64,000 nucleotides of DNA from an uncultured Gemmatimonadales bacterium (GTDB taxonomy: Bacteria > Gemmatimonadota > Gemmatimonadetes > Longimicrobiales > RSA9), in the NCBI GenBank assembly GCA_963783305.1, contig CAWAMW010000002.1:768001-832000 (forward strand). The letters run 5' to 3'. Shown here piece after piece: positions 38,315 through 48,165 of the stretch (position 1 is its first letter; each line of letters begins with the position of its first letter). The notes beneath the pieces were generated by a model. That model did no database searches. It was given only the letters and a program-made list of their open reading frames with translations, and was not told the DNA's origin. The position numbers were made by a program, and so were the translations under genes.

Positions 38315-40909
38315 TCAGTCCGACACAGCTCCGAAGATGCCGGCGGCTGCATGGTCCTGGGCCACGGCCTGGGTCAGGAGCAAATGCATGATGGAGCTCT
38401 GAATCGTGCTCTCCCGCGGGCGAGCATTGGGCTGGACGGTGAAGCGGCCCTTCTCCCACGCCAGCATCTCCCGCAGCGCCGGCTCACCCTTGGCACCGCC
38501 TCGGATCTGGGCGTGCACGGCGTCGCCCTTCTTCAGGTAAATGGCCCCGTCGGCAGACCCCGTCCGAATCCCGATGGCGGCCGTCCTGGAGTCATACTTC
38601 ATCACCTGGAGCAGCCAGCTCAGCGGGAAATCGGACACGTCTCCCTGGAGCGCCAGCCACGGCGCTTTCTGATCCGTGCCAGACCCGGCGCTTTCCCCTG
38701 CACCCCGTCCGCCATTCCTGTGGAGAGTCCTTCGCACCAGGGCACCGAGCGTGCCCTGCAGCTCGGCGTACGTCGTGCCGGGCGGGAAGCACACATCCGC
38801 ACCACTTTCCAGGAGCCGGACCCGCAGCGAGACGGTGTCCGCGTCCACCACCACTACCGGCAGCGACGCGAACAGCGGATCCACGCGGAGGTCGCGGACG
38901 AAGGCCGCCGCGGCCTCCTCACCCGCTTCCACCGATACCACGAGCGCCGACACCGGCACCCGGCGCAGACGCTCCCGGGCGGCGGCGGCATCGGCCGAGA
39001 CCTCCGCAAGATACCCGGCGGAGCACAGCTTTGCCGCCGTAACCACCGCGCCCGGCTGGTCCGGGTTCACCAGCAGGATATGGGGCCTCTGAACGAAACC
39101 GACGTGGGGCTGCTCCGGCCGCTCCAGGACCGAGCTCAGCGCTTCCACCACCGCCGGGTCGAACTGTGTGCCAGCCTCGTCCCGGATCTCACGGGCAGCG
39201 TCCGGCACCTTTCGCGGGAGACGATAATGCCGCGGCGAGACCATCGCCGTGAACGAATCCACCACCGCCAGCACGCGAGCCAAAATGGGTATGGCCTCGC
39301 CCGTGAGGCCATCCGGATAGCCAGCCCCGTCCCAGCGCTCGTGGTGGTGCCGGACGGCCAGGCGCACCCGCCGAGGAAGTTCGATCCCCTCCAGCAGGTC
39401 CAGCGCCAGGTCTACATGGCGCTCGATCTTGCGACGGCTCTCCGGCGTCTCCTGACCGGTCTTGGGGACGAGACGCCCACCCATGGCAAGGCGGCCCAGG
39501 TCGCGTAGAACCGCCGCGAGGGACAGGTCCACCCGCTCCGCTTCCGTAAGCCCGAGCTCTTCCGCCACGTTCGCCGCGACCAGACGCGTCAGGCTGCTGC
39601 TTCCACGGAAGAACGGGTCCCGGTACTCGAGCAACCCCACCAGCATGTCCGTGATGGCGATCAACGACCTCGCCATTGCCCCCGCGTCGCCCGCGCCACT
39701 CGCGTCCACATCGGACGACTCTCCCTCGAGACGCGACCACACGCCCGCCGGCTCCGCGGCAGCGCTCGCCACCCCCTTCACGGCGGGCTCGGACTCGGAC
39801 TCGAGGACCGGTCCGGGAAAGAGGTCGGCCACAGCCCTGACACCGGGATCGCCAAGCCCGAGGACGCTCTCGGGCGTCGCCGCTGGGGCAGACTCTATCG
39901 GCTGATCGTCGTCGGAGCCCGGCTCATGCGCTGGTCCGGAGCCATTCGATGCAGCCGCTCCCGGCGCCGCAGGGCCGTGCCACCGCAGGAGCCCCGTAAG
40001 GTGCTCCCGCACGGTGACGCCCGCGGTCAGAGGCGCCGAATATGGTTCCGGCCGAGCCGGCGCGCCGCGGGCTTTCGGTTCGACGGGCGTTCCCGACGCC
40101 GCTGGCGCCGACCAGTCGAGCTCGATCTCCGCGATTCGTTCCGGGCGCGACGACTCGACCGTCGCCGCCCCCGCACGCTCCGCCTCGTTGACCTTGGCCC
40201 TCAGCCTCTCGTCGCCAGGCGTTCGCTGGAGCAGCTGCCTGTAGACGGAGGCGGCCCGCCGATGCAGTCCCTGCCGTGCGTAGAGCTCGGCCATGGTTTC
40301 CGTGACGACATCACCGGGATCGGACGTCCGCGCGGCCTCTGCCGACTGCGCGGCCTCCTCCTGTAACGTGTCATCCAGAGCTTTATCGGCATCGGCCGCG
40401 TGAGCGGCGGCGGACCCCTTCCCCGGCCTGCCTGAAATGGCGCCGGTTCTCTCGCCGTCGTGGGCGAGAGAACCGAACTGCCCGTCCCGCCGGAGCTCCG
40501 AGACCCGGTTCTCCAGCTCCCGCACCCGCTCCTTGATCTCCGCAGTGGGCTTCAGTCGCGCGAGACGCTGAAACTGGAGCAGGGCCTCCCTGATTCGGCC
40601 CTGCTCCAGCGAAACCTGTCCCAGCGACTCGAGGGCGATCTGGTTCTGGGGGTCCAGTTCGAGCACGCGGCGAAACGCCCGCTCCGCCTCGGCGTGCTTG
40701 CCCTGATCCAGGCGCAGGCGTCCCAGGACGACATGTGCGGAAGAATAGTCGGAGTGGCGTCGGAGACCGGCGGTGAGGACGGTCTCGGCCTGCGCGTACC
40801 GACCCGCCCGCCGATAGGCATCGGCGAGGTGCGGGAAGACGAGGCCATCCGGATGGGCGGCCTGTAGCAGCTCCAGCCGGCTGATCTCATCGCGGTTTAT
40901 TGACGCCAT
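38315..40909 (-). CDS. TPR + degenerate HD-GYP + pseudo-receiver + DUF4388/PATAN-like protein
   Basis: LADAYRRAG/AHVVLGR TPRs, TETMAELYARQG, HHHERWDGAGYPDGL, LQGDVSDFPLSWLLQ...GAIYL..G.AVHA...W..G.F. Confidence 0.85.
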   Translation of the reverse strand: MASINRDEISRLELLQAAHPDGLVFPHLADAYRRAGRYAQAETVLTAGLRRHSDYSSAHVVLGRLRLDQGKHAEAERAFRRVLELDPQNQIALESLGQVSLEQGRIREALLQFQRLARLKPTAEIKERVRELENRVSELRRDGQFGSLAHDGERTGAISGRPGKGSAAAHAADADKALDDTLQEEAAQSAEAARTSDPGDVVTETMAELYARQGLHRRAASVYRQLLQRTPGDERLRAKVNEAERAGAATVESSRPERIAEIELDWSAPAASGTPVEPKARGAPARPEPYSAPLTAGVTVREHLTGLLRWHGPAAPGAAASNGSGPAHEPGSDDDQPIESAPAATPESVLGLGDPGVRAVADLFPGPVLESESEPAVKGVASAAAEPAGVWSRLEGESSDVDASGAGDAGAMARSLIAITDMLVGLLEYRDPFFRGSSSLTRLVAANVAEELGLTEAERVDLSLAAVLRDLGRLAMGGRLVPKTGQETPESRRKIERHVDLALDLLEGIELPRRVRLAVRHHHERWDGAGYPDGLTGEAIPILARVLAVVDSFTAMVSPRHYRLPRKVPDAAREIRDEAGTQFDPAVVEALSSVLERPEQPHVGFVQRPHILLVNPDQPGAVVTAAKLCSAGYLAEVSADAAAARERLRRVPVSALVVSVEAGEEAAAAFVRDLRVDPLFASLPVVVVDADTVSLRVRLLESGADVCFPPGTTYAELQGTLGALVRRTLHRNGGRGAGESAGSGTDQKAPWLALQGDVSDFPLSWLLQVMKYDSRTAAIGIRTGSADGAIYLKKGDAVHAQIRGGAKGEPALREMLAWEKGRFTVQPNARPRESTIQSSIMHLLLTQAVAQDHAAAGIFGAVSD

Positions 40910-41196
40910 GGATCGGCCCCGTTGGCGAACACCAGGATGGTTCGCTCGCCAATATGCGCCATTCGGACGCGTACGCACAAGGGAGGGAGAGAGATAGGTG
41001 TAGCATTGCAGCAGAAATATCCCACCTTCAGAGGGTCGCGTGGGATTCGTCTATTGCGCTGCGACAGATCGCGGGAGGCGGGAGATAATCGAGTTGCGGA
41101 CCCCGCCCAGGCGGACACCCAATGCGCGAAAGGAGCGCCGGCGGCGCCCCTTTCCCGTCCTCCACGACTCCCTCGCGGGGAGCGCGTCAAAGGAAG

Positions 41197-41949
41197 TCAA
41201 TAAATGTAGACTGCGGTCCCGACCTCGACCATGTCTCTCAATTGAGCGACATCCTCGTTGTTCATCCGGATGCACCCGTGGCTGGCCGCGGCCCCTATGC
41301 TTTCCTGGTTGTACCGATGCGTGCCATGGATCAGGTAGCCGTCCCCGAGCGACAGCTTCACGGGCCCCAGTGCGTTGGGGATCATGCGCTGGGGGCTCCC
41401 AAACGGCGGTATGAAGATGTACCCGTCGAAGATGATCTCGCTGCCGGGCGTAAACGGATAATAGTTGTCCCACCGGTTTACACGGCCCACTTCGGAGCCG
41501 CGGACCTCGATGAAGGTCCCGTCGGAGAGCTCGATCCGGTCCCCCTCCTTCAGGTGCACCGGCTCGAGCCCACGGTTCACCGCCTTCTCGTAGTAGTGCC
41601 AATCCGGCGGGATCCAGTTGGGGTCATCGCGCTTCTCGAGAATGCGGCGCTCGCCCTTCGGCGTGTCGAATGTGTAGGAGGTCCCGGCGAAACGAAATAC
41701 GCCGCCCTTCCCGATGGCCACCGGAGCGGAGAAGAGAGTATCCTGCCCCTGCACGAGCCACAGGCGTCGCTGTGAGAGCGAGATCAGCACCTTCCGCCCC
41801 GGGTCCGCCGCGGCCGCCTCCCAGGTCGACTGGCTCTGCTCCAGTCGAGCCTGGCTAGGGTACGCAGCCAGCGGAGCCGCTGCCAGGAAGGCCAACGCGG
41901 CCGCCCCGGCCATGGTGGTGCGACTTTTCATGGACTTCTTCTCAATCAT
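41197..41949 (-). CDS. L,D-transpeptidase (YkuD family), secreted
   Basis: ISLSQRRLWL, PVAIG, P.WIPP, YLIHGT...IGAAASHGCIRM; alternative start 41931. Confidence 0.92.
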   Translation of the reverse strand: MIEKKSMKSRTTMAGAAALAFLAAAPLAAYPSQARLEQSQSTWEAAAADPGRKVLISLSQRRLWLVQGQDTLFSAPVAIGKGGVFRFAGTSYTFDTPKGERRILEKRDDPNWIPPDWHYYEKAVNRGLEPVHLKEGDRIELSDGTFIEVRGSEVGRVNRWDNYYPFTPGSEIIFDGYIFIPPFGSPQRMIPNALGPVKLSLGDGYLIHGTHRYNQESIGAAASHGCIRMNNEDVAQLRDMVEVGTAVYIY

Positions 41950-42082
41950 GGATGATCCTGATCGCCGCTGTTTCGGACAGGTGGGACCGGCCTCTCCCCC
42001 CCTGAAATTAATGCACATCGCGGACCAGGGGAACAGGGACGGCCACCCGCCCAAGCCGTTCTGGCCCACAGCCTTGGCGCGC

Positions 42083-43312
42083 CTACCCCAGCTCCGGCAC
42101 CGGCAGTCCACGCGTGGCGAGGATCCGCTCGAGCGTCTGGCCGATCTTGTTGTTCGGTGTGGAGGCCCCGGCGGTGAAGCCGAAGGTGAGCGCCCCCTCA
42201 GGCATCCAGTCCCGTACCAGCTCCTCCGGCGCGTCGGCGTCCAGGACGGGCTTGTGTCGGATGGTCGCCGCCTCCACATCGATGCAGGTCGCGTCGCTGA
42301 TGTGATACGTGGTCGTGTACTCGCGGCACAGATGCGCCAGGTGATTCGTGTTCGACGAGTTGTAGCCGCCGATGACGATCATGATGTCCGGCGGCTCCTT
42401 CATCAGCTCCTTGACCGCGTCCTGGCGCTCCTGGGTGGCCGAGCAGATGGTGTCGAAGCTGCGGAAGTGCTCCGCCTTCGCCTCCTGCCCGTGCCGCACC
42501 GCCACGCTCCGGCCGATGGCCTCCGCAATGGCAAGGCTCTCCGTCGAAAGCATGGTGGTCTGGTTCGCAGCACCCACTCTCACCAGATCACGGTCCGGAT
42601 CGAAATCCGGGGACGCCTTGTCCTTGAAGTGCTCCAGGAACTCCTGCCGGTCCAGCGCGTGGTCGCTCTGCTCGATGTAGTCCATCAGCAGCTGCGCCTC
42701 GTCCATACTCCGGACAATGACGTACCGCCCGCCGTGGCGGTTGGCCTGTGATGCCGTGGCCCGCGTCTCCTCGTGCTGGTACTTCCCGTGGATGATCGCG
42801 GTGAACCCATCCTTCGCGTACTGATCCACGCGCTTCCACACGTTGAGCACCGATCCGCACGTCGTATCGATCAGCACACAGCCGATCTCCTTCAGGGTCT
42901 CGAAATCATGCAGAGTCACGCCGAACGCCGGCATGATCACCACATGGTCAGGCGTGACGATGGAGAAATCGAACTTGCCGTGGGCGTCGGGATAGATGAA
43001 CTCGATCCCCATGTCCCTGAGCCGCTGATTCACGTGCGGGTTGTGGATGATCTCGCCCACCAGGTAGATCTGTCGATCCGGGAACTTCATGGCCGTCTGA
43101 TACGCATAATCCACGGCGCGATCCACGCCGTAGCAGAAGCCAAATTCCTCCGCCAGCTTGACCGTGATGTCCCCGAACGTCGCCTTGTGTCCTTCCGCGG
43201 CCTTGATCTGGGCGACGACCGCGCTGTGGTACTCGGCGTCCAGCACCGGCTGGACTTCCTTTTTGAGCCCGAGCCCACGTCGGAAGTAGGTGTCGGTGGA
43301 TGCGTCGGCCAT
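42083..43312 (-). CDS. ispH: 4-hydroxy-3-methylbut-2-enyl diphosphate reductase
   Basis: FGFCYGVDRA, EIIHNPHV, DTTC, HEET, ANQTTM, DTICSATQERQDA, GGYNSSNT, TAGASTP. Confidence 0.95.
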   Translation of the reverse strand: MADASTDTYFRRGLGLKKEVQPVLDAEYHSAVVAQIKAAEGHKATFGDITVKLAEEFGFCYGVDRAVDYAYQTAMKFPDRQIYLVGEIIHNPHVNQRLRDMGIEFIYPDAHGKFDFSIVTPDHVVIMPAFGVTLHDFETLKEIGCVLIDTTCGSVLNVWKRVDQYAKDGFTAIIHGKYQHEETRATASQANRHGGRYVIVRSMDEAQLLMDYIEQSDHALDRQEFLEHFKDKASPDFDPDRDLVRVGAANQTTMLSTESLAIAEAIGRSVAVRHGQEAKAEHFRSFDTICSATQERQDAVKELMKEPPDIMIVIGGYNSSNTNHLAHLCREYTTTYHISDATCIDVEAATIRHKPVLDADAPEELVRDWMPEGALTFGFTAGASTPNNKIGQTLERILATRGLPVPELG

Positions 43313-43545
43313 CGAGCTTCGAGGTTCGAGTAGGTTCCAGTGCGGGGGGAGCGTACGCTCGCCGCGTACCACGCCCGGGTGAATTGGAACCCCGGCCGAG
43401 ACGGCGTGTTCCGGGTTCGGACCACGGCCCTTGGGGCAGGGGGCCGCCGGAGCCAGGTAAAGGCACGCGGGGCGGGCGTCGTATAGATTGCGTGCCCGGG
43501 AGGCACGGTTCAGTCCGCCCAATCATACAGCCCTGGAGGAACGTG

Positions 43546-44379
43546 ATGAAGCGAGTCCCTTTGTCGACCGCGGCCATCGTCGTGGCGCTGCTGGCCCTGA
43601 TGCTGGCCGGAACCAGCGCGTGCACCAGAGTGGACAGCTACGAGGTGGCGGTGAAGAAGAACGCCGTAACCGGTCAGGTGGCGGACGAGATTTACGGGCA
43701 GGGCCTGTACCACTCCATTTTCCGCGACTGGACGACCTACCCACGGCGCGAGATCCAGTACCCCGACGAGTCCCGCAGCGAGCGCCTCACGGCCCTCACG
43801 AGCGACCAGCTCACGATCACCATCGACGCGGCGTACCGCTACCGCGTGGTCCCCGACTCCGCGCTCGACCTCTACCTGACGGTGGGCGACATGGACCAGG
43901 TGCACCAGTTCGTCTACAACAGCTATCGCTCCGCCGCACGCGACGCCGTGGCGAACATCGCCGCCGCGGAGCTCCTGTCACGTGAGCGCGCCGGAATCGG
44001 TGAGCAGATCCGCACCATCATGACGCTGCGCCTGGCCCCCCGGGGCATCCAGATCACCGATTTCTTCGTCCGGGACATCGAGCCACCGCCGGCGATCCGG
44101 GAGGCGATCGAGCAGAAGCTGGCGCGGGAACAGCAGGTGCAGGCGGAGGGATACCAGACGCAGGTCGTGCAGGAGCAGGCGAACCAGAGGCGAGCTGAGG
44201 CCGAAGGGATCCGCGACGCACAGCAGACCATCTCCGAGTCCCTCGCCGGCGTGAGCGGCCAGCGCTACCTCTACTGGCGATACATCGAGTCGCTCATGGA
44301 GATCGGCAAGGGGGAGAACAACCTGGTCATCGCCCCCACCGAGGGCGGTGTGCCCGTGTTCGTGACACCCGGCGGCTGA
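43546..44379 (+). CDS. SPFH/prohibitin (band 7) family protein
   Basis: N-terminal hydrophobic helix with SAC, LTSDQL.I.ID, I..AIEQKL...Q, AEAEG. Confidence 0.85.
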   Translation: MKRVPLSTAAIVVALLALMLAGTSACTRVDSYEVAVKKNAVTGQVADEIYGQGLYHSIFRDWTTYPRREIQYPDESRSERLTALTSDQLTITIDAAYRYRVVPDSALDLYLTVGDMDQVHQFVYNSYRSAARDAVANIAAAELLSRERAGIGEQIRTIMTLRLAPRGIQITDFFVRDIEPPPAIREAIEQKLAREQQVQAEGYQTQVVQEQANQRRAEAEGIRDAQQTISESLAGVSGQRYLYWRYIESLMEIGKGENNLVIAPTEGGVPVFVTPGG

Positions 44380-44770
44380 CGGAAGGGCGCCGGACCACGT
44401 AAACATCAGGCGGACCGGCAGTTGCACTTGTTCCCAGGTGTGGCAGGGGGGCGGGTCAGGCGCTCGCCGCCGGCCCGGCCCACGCCCCCCGGAAGCCCCC
44501 GGGAGCCCCCCGGGTGCCGCATATCCATTCGTCGCGGGCCATGGGCCACACCCGATCACCGTCGAGGCCAGGCGTAGTATTGAGCGAGAACCCCGCCGCC
44601 CCGGACCTGCCTCACGTACGTGCGAGCCCGCTCCGGCCGTGGGAGAGAGTATCAGCGCGGGAGGTGGGTCAGGGTGTGCCCGGTTGCCGGGTCGGCGACG
44701 CGAGGTCTCGCGCGTGCGAGGAAATACCCTTACGTTTCATGGCTTTCCGTGCTAATAGCGAGGTGAACGC

Positions 44771-45841
44771 GTGGACGTGAGATCGGTGGAGTTCCTCAAG
44801 CAGCTGCTGGACGCCCCCGGGCCGAGCGGGTTCGAGGCCCGGCCGGCTCGTGTGTGGCGGGCGGAGGCTGAGCGAATCGGCGGCGAGGTGACCGCCGATG
44901 TGAGCGGGAACTCGTTCGCCACGCTGAACCCTGGCGGCAGTCCGCGGGTCATGCTGGCCGGTCATATCGACGAGATCGGGCTGATGGTGACCCACATCGA
45001 CGAAGAGGGCTACCTCTACGTTGAGGGGATCGGCGGCTGGGACCCGCAGGTCCTCGTGGGGCAGCGGGTGAAGCTGCTCGCTCGCGACGGCGACGTGCGG
45101 GGCGTGGTGGGGAAGAAGCCGATCCACCTGATGAAGGGCGACGAGAAGGAGAAGGCCTCGAAGGTCACGGATCTCTGGGTCGACATCGGAGCGGCCGACC
45201 GGGAGTCGGTCAAGCGGCGGGGTGTGCGGGTGGGTGACCCGGCCGTGATCGATGCACCTCTGCTCGAGCTTACGGAGGACCTGATCGCCAGCCGTGCCAT
45301 CGACAACCGGATCGGCGCGTTCGTGGTACTGGAGGCGCTGCGGCTGTTGGCGGAGGACCGGCCTTCAGCGAGCATCACGGCGGTGGCCACGACCCAGGAG
45401 GAGATCGGGTATCAGGGCGGTGGTGCCCGCACGAGCGCGTACCGGATCGAGCCGCATGTGGCGCTGGTGGTCGATGTTACGTTCGCCTCGGATGCGCCCG
45501 GAGTGGAGAAGAAGGAGCTGGGCGAACACAAGCTCGGGGGCGGGCCGGTGCTTGGTCGGGGCTCAGCGGTGCATCCGGTGGTGTTCGATCGGCTGGTGGA
45601 TGCTGCGGAACGTGAAGGCATCCCCTACACGATTGCTGCGCAGGCGAGGTACACGGCCACGGATGCCGACTCGATCTACCTCTCGAGGGCCGGTGTGGCC
45701 ACCGGGCTCATCTCGGTTCCGAATCGCTACATGCACTCGCCGAACGAGGTGGTGAGCCGGGGGGACCTCGAGCTGGCGGCGCGGCTTATGGCGGCGTTCG
45801 TGCGGGACCTCTCGGCGGACACGGACTTCGTCACGCGGTGA
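44771..45841 (+). CDS. M42 family metallo-aminopeptidase
   Basis: GPSGFE, AGHIDEIG, DNRIG, QEEIG, VDVT, RYMHSPNE. Confidence 0.93.
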   Translation: MDVRSVEFLKQLLDAPGPSGFEARPARVWRAEAERIGGEVTADVSGNSFATLNPGGSPRVMLAGHIDEIGLMVTHIDEEGYLYVEGIGGWDPQVLVGQRVKLLARDGDVRGVVGKKPIHLMKGDEKEKASKVTDLWVDIGAADRESVKRRGVRVGDPAVIDAPLLELTEDLIASRAIDNRIGAFVVLEALRLLAEDRPSASITAVATTQEEIGYQGGGARTSAYRIEPHVALVVDVTFASDAPGVEKKELGEHKLGGGPVLGRGSAVHPVVFDRLVDAAEREGIPYTIAAQARYTATDADSIYLSRAGVATGLISVPNRYMHSPNEVVSRGDLELAARLMAAFVRDLSADTDFVTR

Positions 45842-46458
45842 TCGACATCACGCAGCCGCTGGGGGTCGGGGTCGGGTGCTGGCCGGGTGACGTCCCATTC
45901 GAGCTGGAGTGGACGCTCCGGCGCGACCGGGGCGACAGCGTGGATGTGGCGGCGATCCGCATGAGCGTGCATACGGGCACGCACGTGGACGGACCGCTCC
46001 ACGTGATGCCGGGGATGACGGCTGGTGAGCTGCCGCTGGATCGGTTCATGGGGGCGGCCACGGTCGTGGATGCGAGGCCGCACCGCTCCGAGGCCGGGGC
46101 AGTGCTTGCTTCGGCTCTGGACGGGGTGGAAGCGTCCCGGACGCCACGGGTGCTGTTCCGGACCCGTGACGAAGTGGACCCGACGCGTTTTCCGGACGCC
46201 GTGGCGGCGCTGTCCCCGGCGCTCGCACGGCGTCTCGTGGACGAGGCATTCGTGCTCGTGGGGACGGATGCGCCTTCAGTGGATCCGTTGGACTCGCGGT
46301 CGCTGGATGCGCACCGGATCCTGGCGGAAGCGGGGATTCCGAACGTGGAGAACCTGGTGTTGAGCGAGGTCGCGCCGGGCGAGTACACGTTCGTGGGGCT
46401 GCCGCTGCGGCTTGCGGGTGCGGATAGCGCCCCGCTTCGGGCGGTGCTGGTTCCTTGA
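45838..46458 (+). CDS. Cyclase family / kynurenine formamidase-like
   Basis: WPGD, HTGTHVDGP, VGTDAPSVD, ENL, ADSAPLRA. Confidence 0.88.
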   Translation: MIDITQPLGVGVGCWPGDVPFELEWTLRRDRGDSVDVAAIRMSVHTGTHVDGPLHVMPGMTAGELPLDRFMGAATVVDARPHRSEAGAVLASALDGVEASRTPRVLFRTRDEVDPTRFPDAVAALSPALARRLVDEAFVLVGTDAPSVDPLDSRSLDAHRILAEAGIPNVENLVLSEVAPGEYTFVGLPLRLAGADSAPLRAVLVP

Positions 46459-46922
46459 CTGTGCCGATCGTGATCCCCTGGGATCTGTACGAGGGAAAGC
46501 TGGTGGTGTGGTGCGAGGCGGTGGCCGCGGGCGCCCGACGGGCGGTCCTGCTGCCGCGCCTGGACACGATCTTCGCACCGGTCCGGGAGGATCCCGCGCG
46601 GGAGCAGGAGTACTCGGCTCTCGACTGGCAGCTGGTCAGTCCTCGGGAGTCGGACTGGACGAAGTACGAGGGAATGGTGAAGCGTCACACGGCGCGTTAT
46701 TCGATCGAGTATCGGATGCAGCGCGTGGAGAACGTGGCGGAGTGGGTGGGCGGCGCGAAGGTCGTAGTGCCGCAGTACCACCTCTGGCTGTACCGTGAGG
46801 AGTCGGTCGCGGCCGAGATCGATGAATTGTACGCGGAGTCCGATGCCGAAAGGCGGCGCGGGCTCTGGCGAGAGTTGCTGACGTGGCAGACGTCGGCTGA
46901 ACCGAGGATGGAGGAAGATTGA
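46455..46922 (+). CDS. Hypothetical protein
   Basis: Overlapping start/stop with both neighbours. Confidence 0.7.
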   Translation: MTVPIVIPWDLYEGKLVVWCEAVAAGARRAVLLPRLDTIFAPVREDPAREQEYSALDWQLVSPRESDWTKYEGMVKRHTARYSIEYRMQRVENVAEWVGGAKVVVPQYHLWLYREESVAAEIDELYAESDAERRRGLWRELLTWQTSAEPRMEED

Positions 46923-47401
46923 AGCGAATGGATACGACGACGCTGGTGAAGGAACTGCAATCGATGCGCGAGGGCGGCTACCTGCCCGACCCGATCCTGC
47001 GCAAGGCGGTGCGTGCGCTGCACGAGGCGGAAGACAAGTACAAGTGGGTGGGGATCTACCTCATGCGGGACAACGAGGCCAAGCTCTGGCTGCATAACTA
47101 CGTGGGCGCCCCCACGGAGCACGCGGAGATCGAGGTAGGCCAGGGCGTCTGCGGCACGGCGGTCGCCGAGAAGGCGAACCAGATGGTTCAGGACGTGAGC
47201 GCGGTGGAGAACTACCTGGCGTGCAATCCCAAGGTAAAGTCGGAGCTGGTGGTGCTGATCCGGGCCGGTGACGAGATCCTCGGCCAGATCGACATCGACA
47301 GCCACGAGAAGGAGGCCTTCACCGAAAAGGACGAGCAGGAGGTCCAGGCGGTGGCGGACAAGCTCGCCGAGGTGCTGATGGCCGAGCGCCACGCCGGCTG
47401 A
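46919..47401 (+). CDS. GAF domain protein, free Met-R-sulfoxide reductase (MsrC)-like
   Basis: WVGIY, GQGVCGTA, V.DV..NYLAC, SELVV, IDIDS. Confidence 0.82.
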   Translation: MKRMDTTTLVKELQSMREGGYLPDPILRKAVRALHEAEDKYKWVGIYLMRDNEAKLWLHNYVGAPTEHAEIEVGQGVCGTAVAEKANQMVQDVSAVENYLACNPKVKSELVVLIRAGDEILGQIDIDSHEKEAFTEKDEQEVQAVADKLAEVLMAERHAG

Positions 47402-47402
47402 C

Positions 47403-48161
47403 ATGCTCCGCACGATCCTCGCGCCGAACGCGTCGCCGCTGACGCTGGACGGCACGCGGACCTACATCGTGGGGGAGTCCAGGCCGGCGATCATCGATCC
47501 TGGCCCCGCGGATTCATCCCACCTGGACGCCATCACCGAGGCGATCGGCGATGGCGTTCCCGTAGCCATCCTGGTCACCCATTCGCATCCGGACCACAAT
47601 GCGGGCGCCAGCGCGTTGGCGGAGCGGCTGGATGTCCCCGTGCGCCGTCTGGGAAACCGGTCGCTCGGCGAGGGTCAGGAGGTGGAGACCGACTCGGGCC
47701 GGCTCGTCACCGTGGCAACGCCGGGACACACCACCGACCATGCCGCCTTCCACTGGCCGGATTCCGACGCAGTGTTCTGCGGCGACCTCATGATGGGCGG
47801 GCACCATACGGCACTGGTGGCGCCGCCGGAGGGGCGGCTTGGCCCCTATCTGATGTCGCTGGAGCGGGTTCGGGGGCTGGCACCAGGAGTGATCTACCCG
47901 GCGCACGGCCCCGCCTTCGACGACCCCCAGGCGGCCCTGGATCGCTACGTGGGCCACCGCAGGGCCCGGCTGGATCAGGTGCTACGGGCGGTGAGGGGAG
48001 GCGCCCACGACTACGAGACCCTGCGCCGGGTCGTCTATGGCGATTCGCTGGAGCCGGGCCTGGAGCGGGCGGCGATGGCGGCGCTGAAGGCGTATCTGGA
48101 ACACCTGCAGGGACTCGGGGAGGTCCGGCGACTGCGGCGCGGCTGGGAGGCGACGAGCTGA
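47403..48161 (+). CDS. MBL-fold metallo-hydrolase (LACTB2-like)
   Basis: APNASPLTLDGT, IDPGP, THSHPDH, TPGHTTDH, GD, PAHG. Confidence 0.9.
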   Translation: MLRTILAPNASPLTLDGTRTYIVGESRPAIIDPGPADSSHLDAITEAIGDGVPVAILVTHSHPDHNAGASALAERLDVPVRRLGNRSLGEGQEVETDSGRLVTVATPGHTTDHAAFHWPDSDAVFCGDLMMGGHHTALVAPPEGRLGPYLMSLERVRGLAPGVIYPAHGPAFDDPQAALDRYVGHRRARLDQVLRAVRGGAHDYETLRRVVYGDSLEPGLERAAMAALKAYLEHLQGLGEVRRLRRGWEATS

Positions 48162-48165
48162 GCGC

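Noticed and set aside
44380..44770. Riboswitch or ncRNA in a 390-bp intergenic gap
   Set aside because: No recognisable consensus; only GC-rich low-complexity runs.
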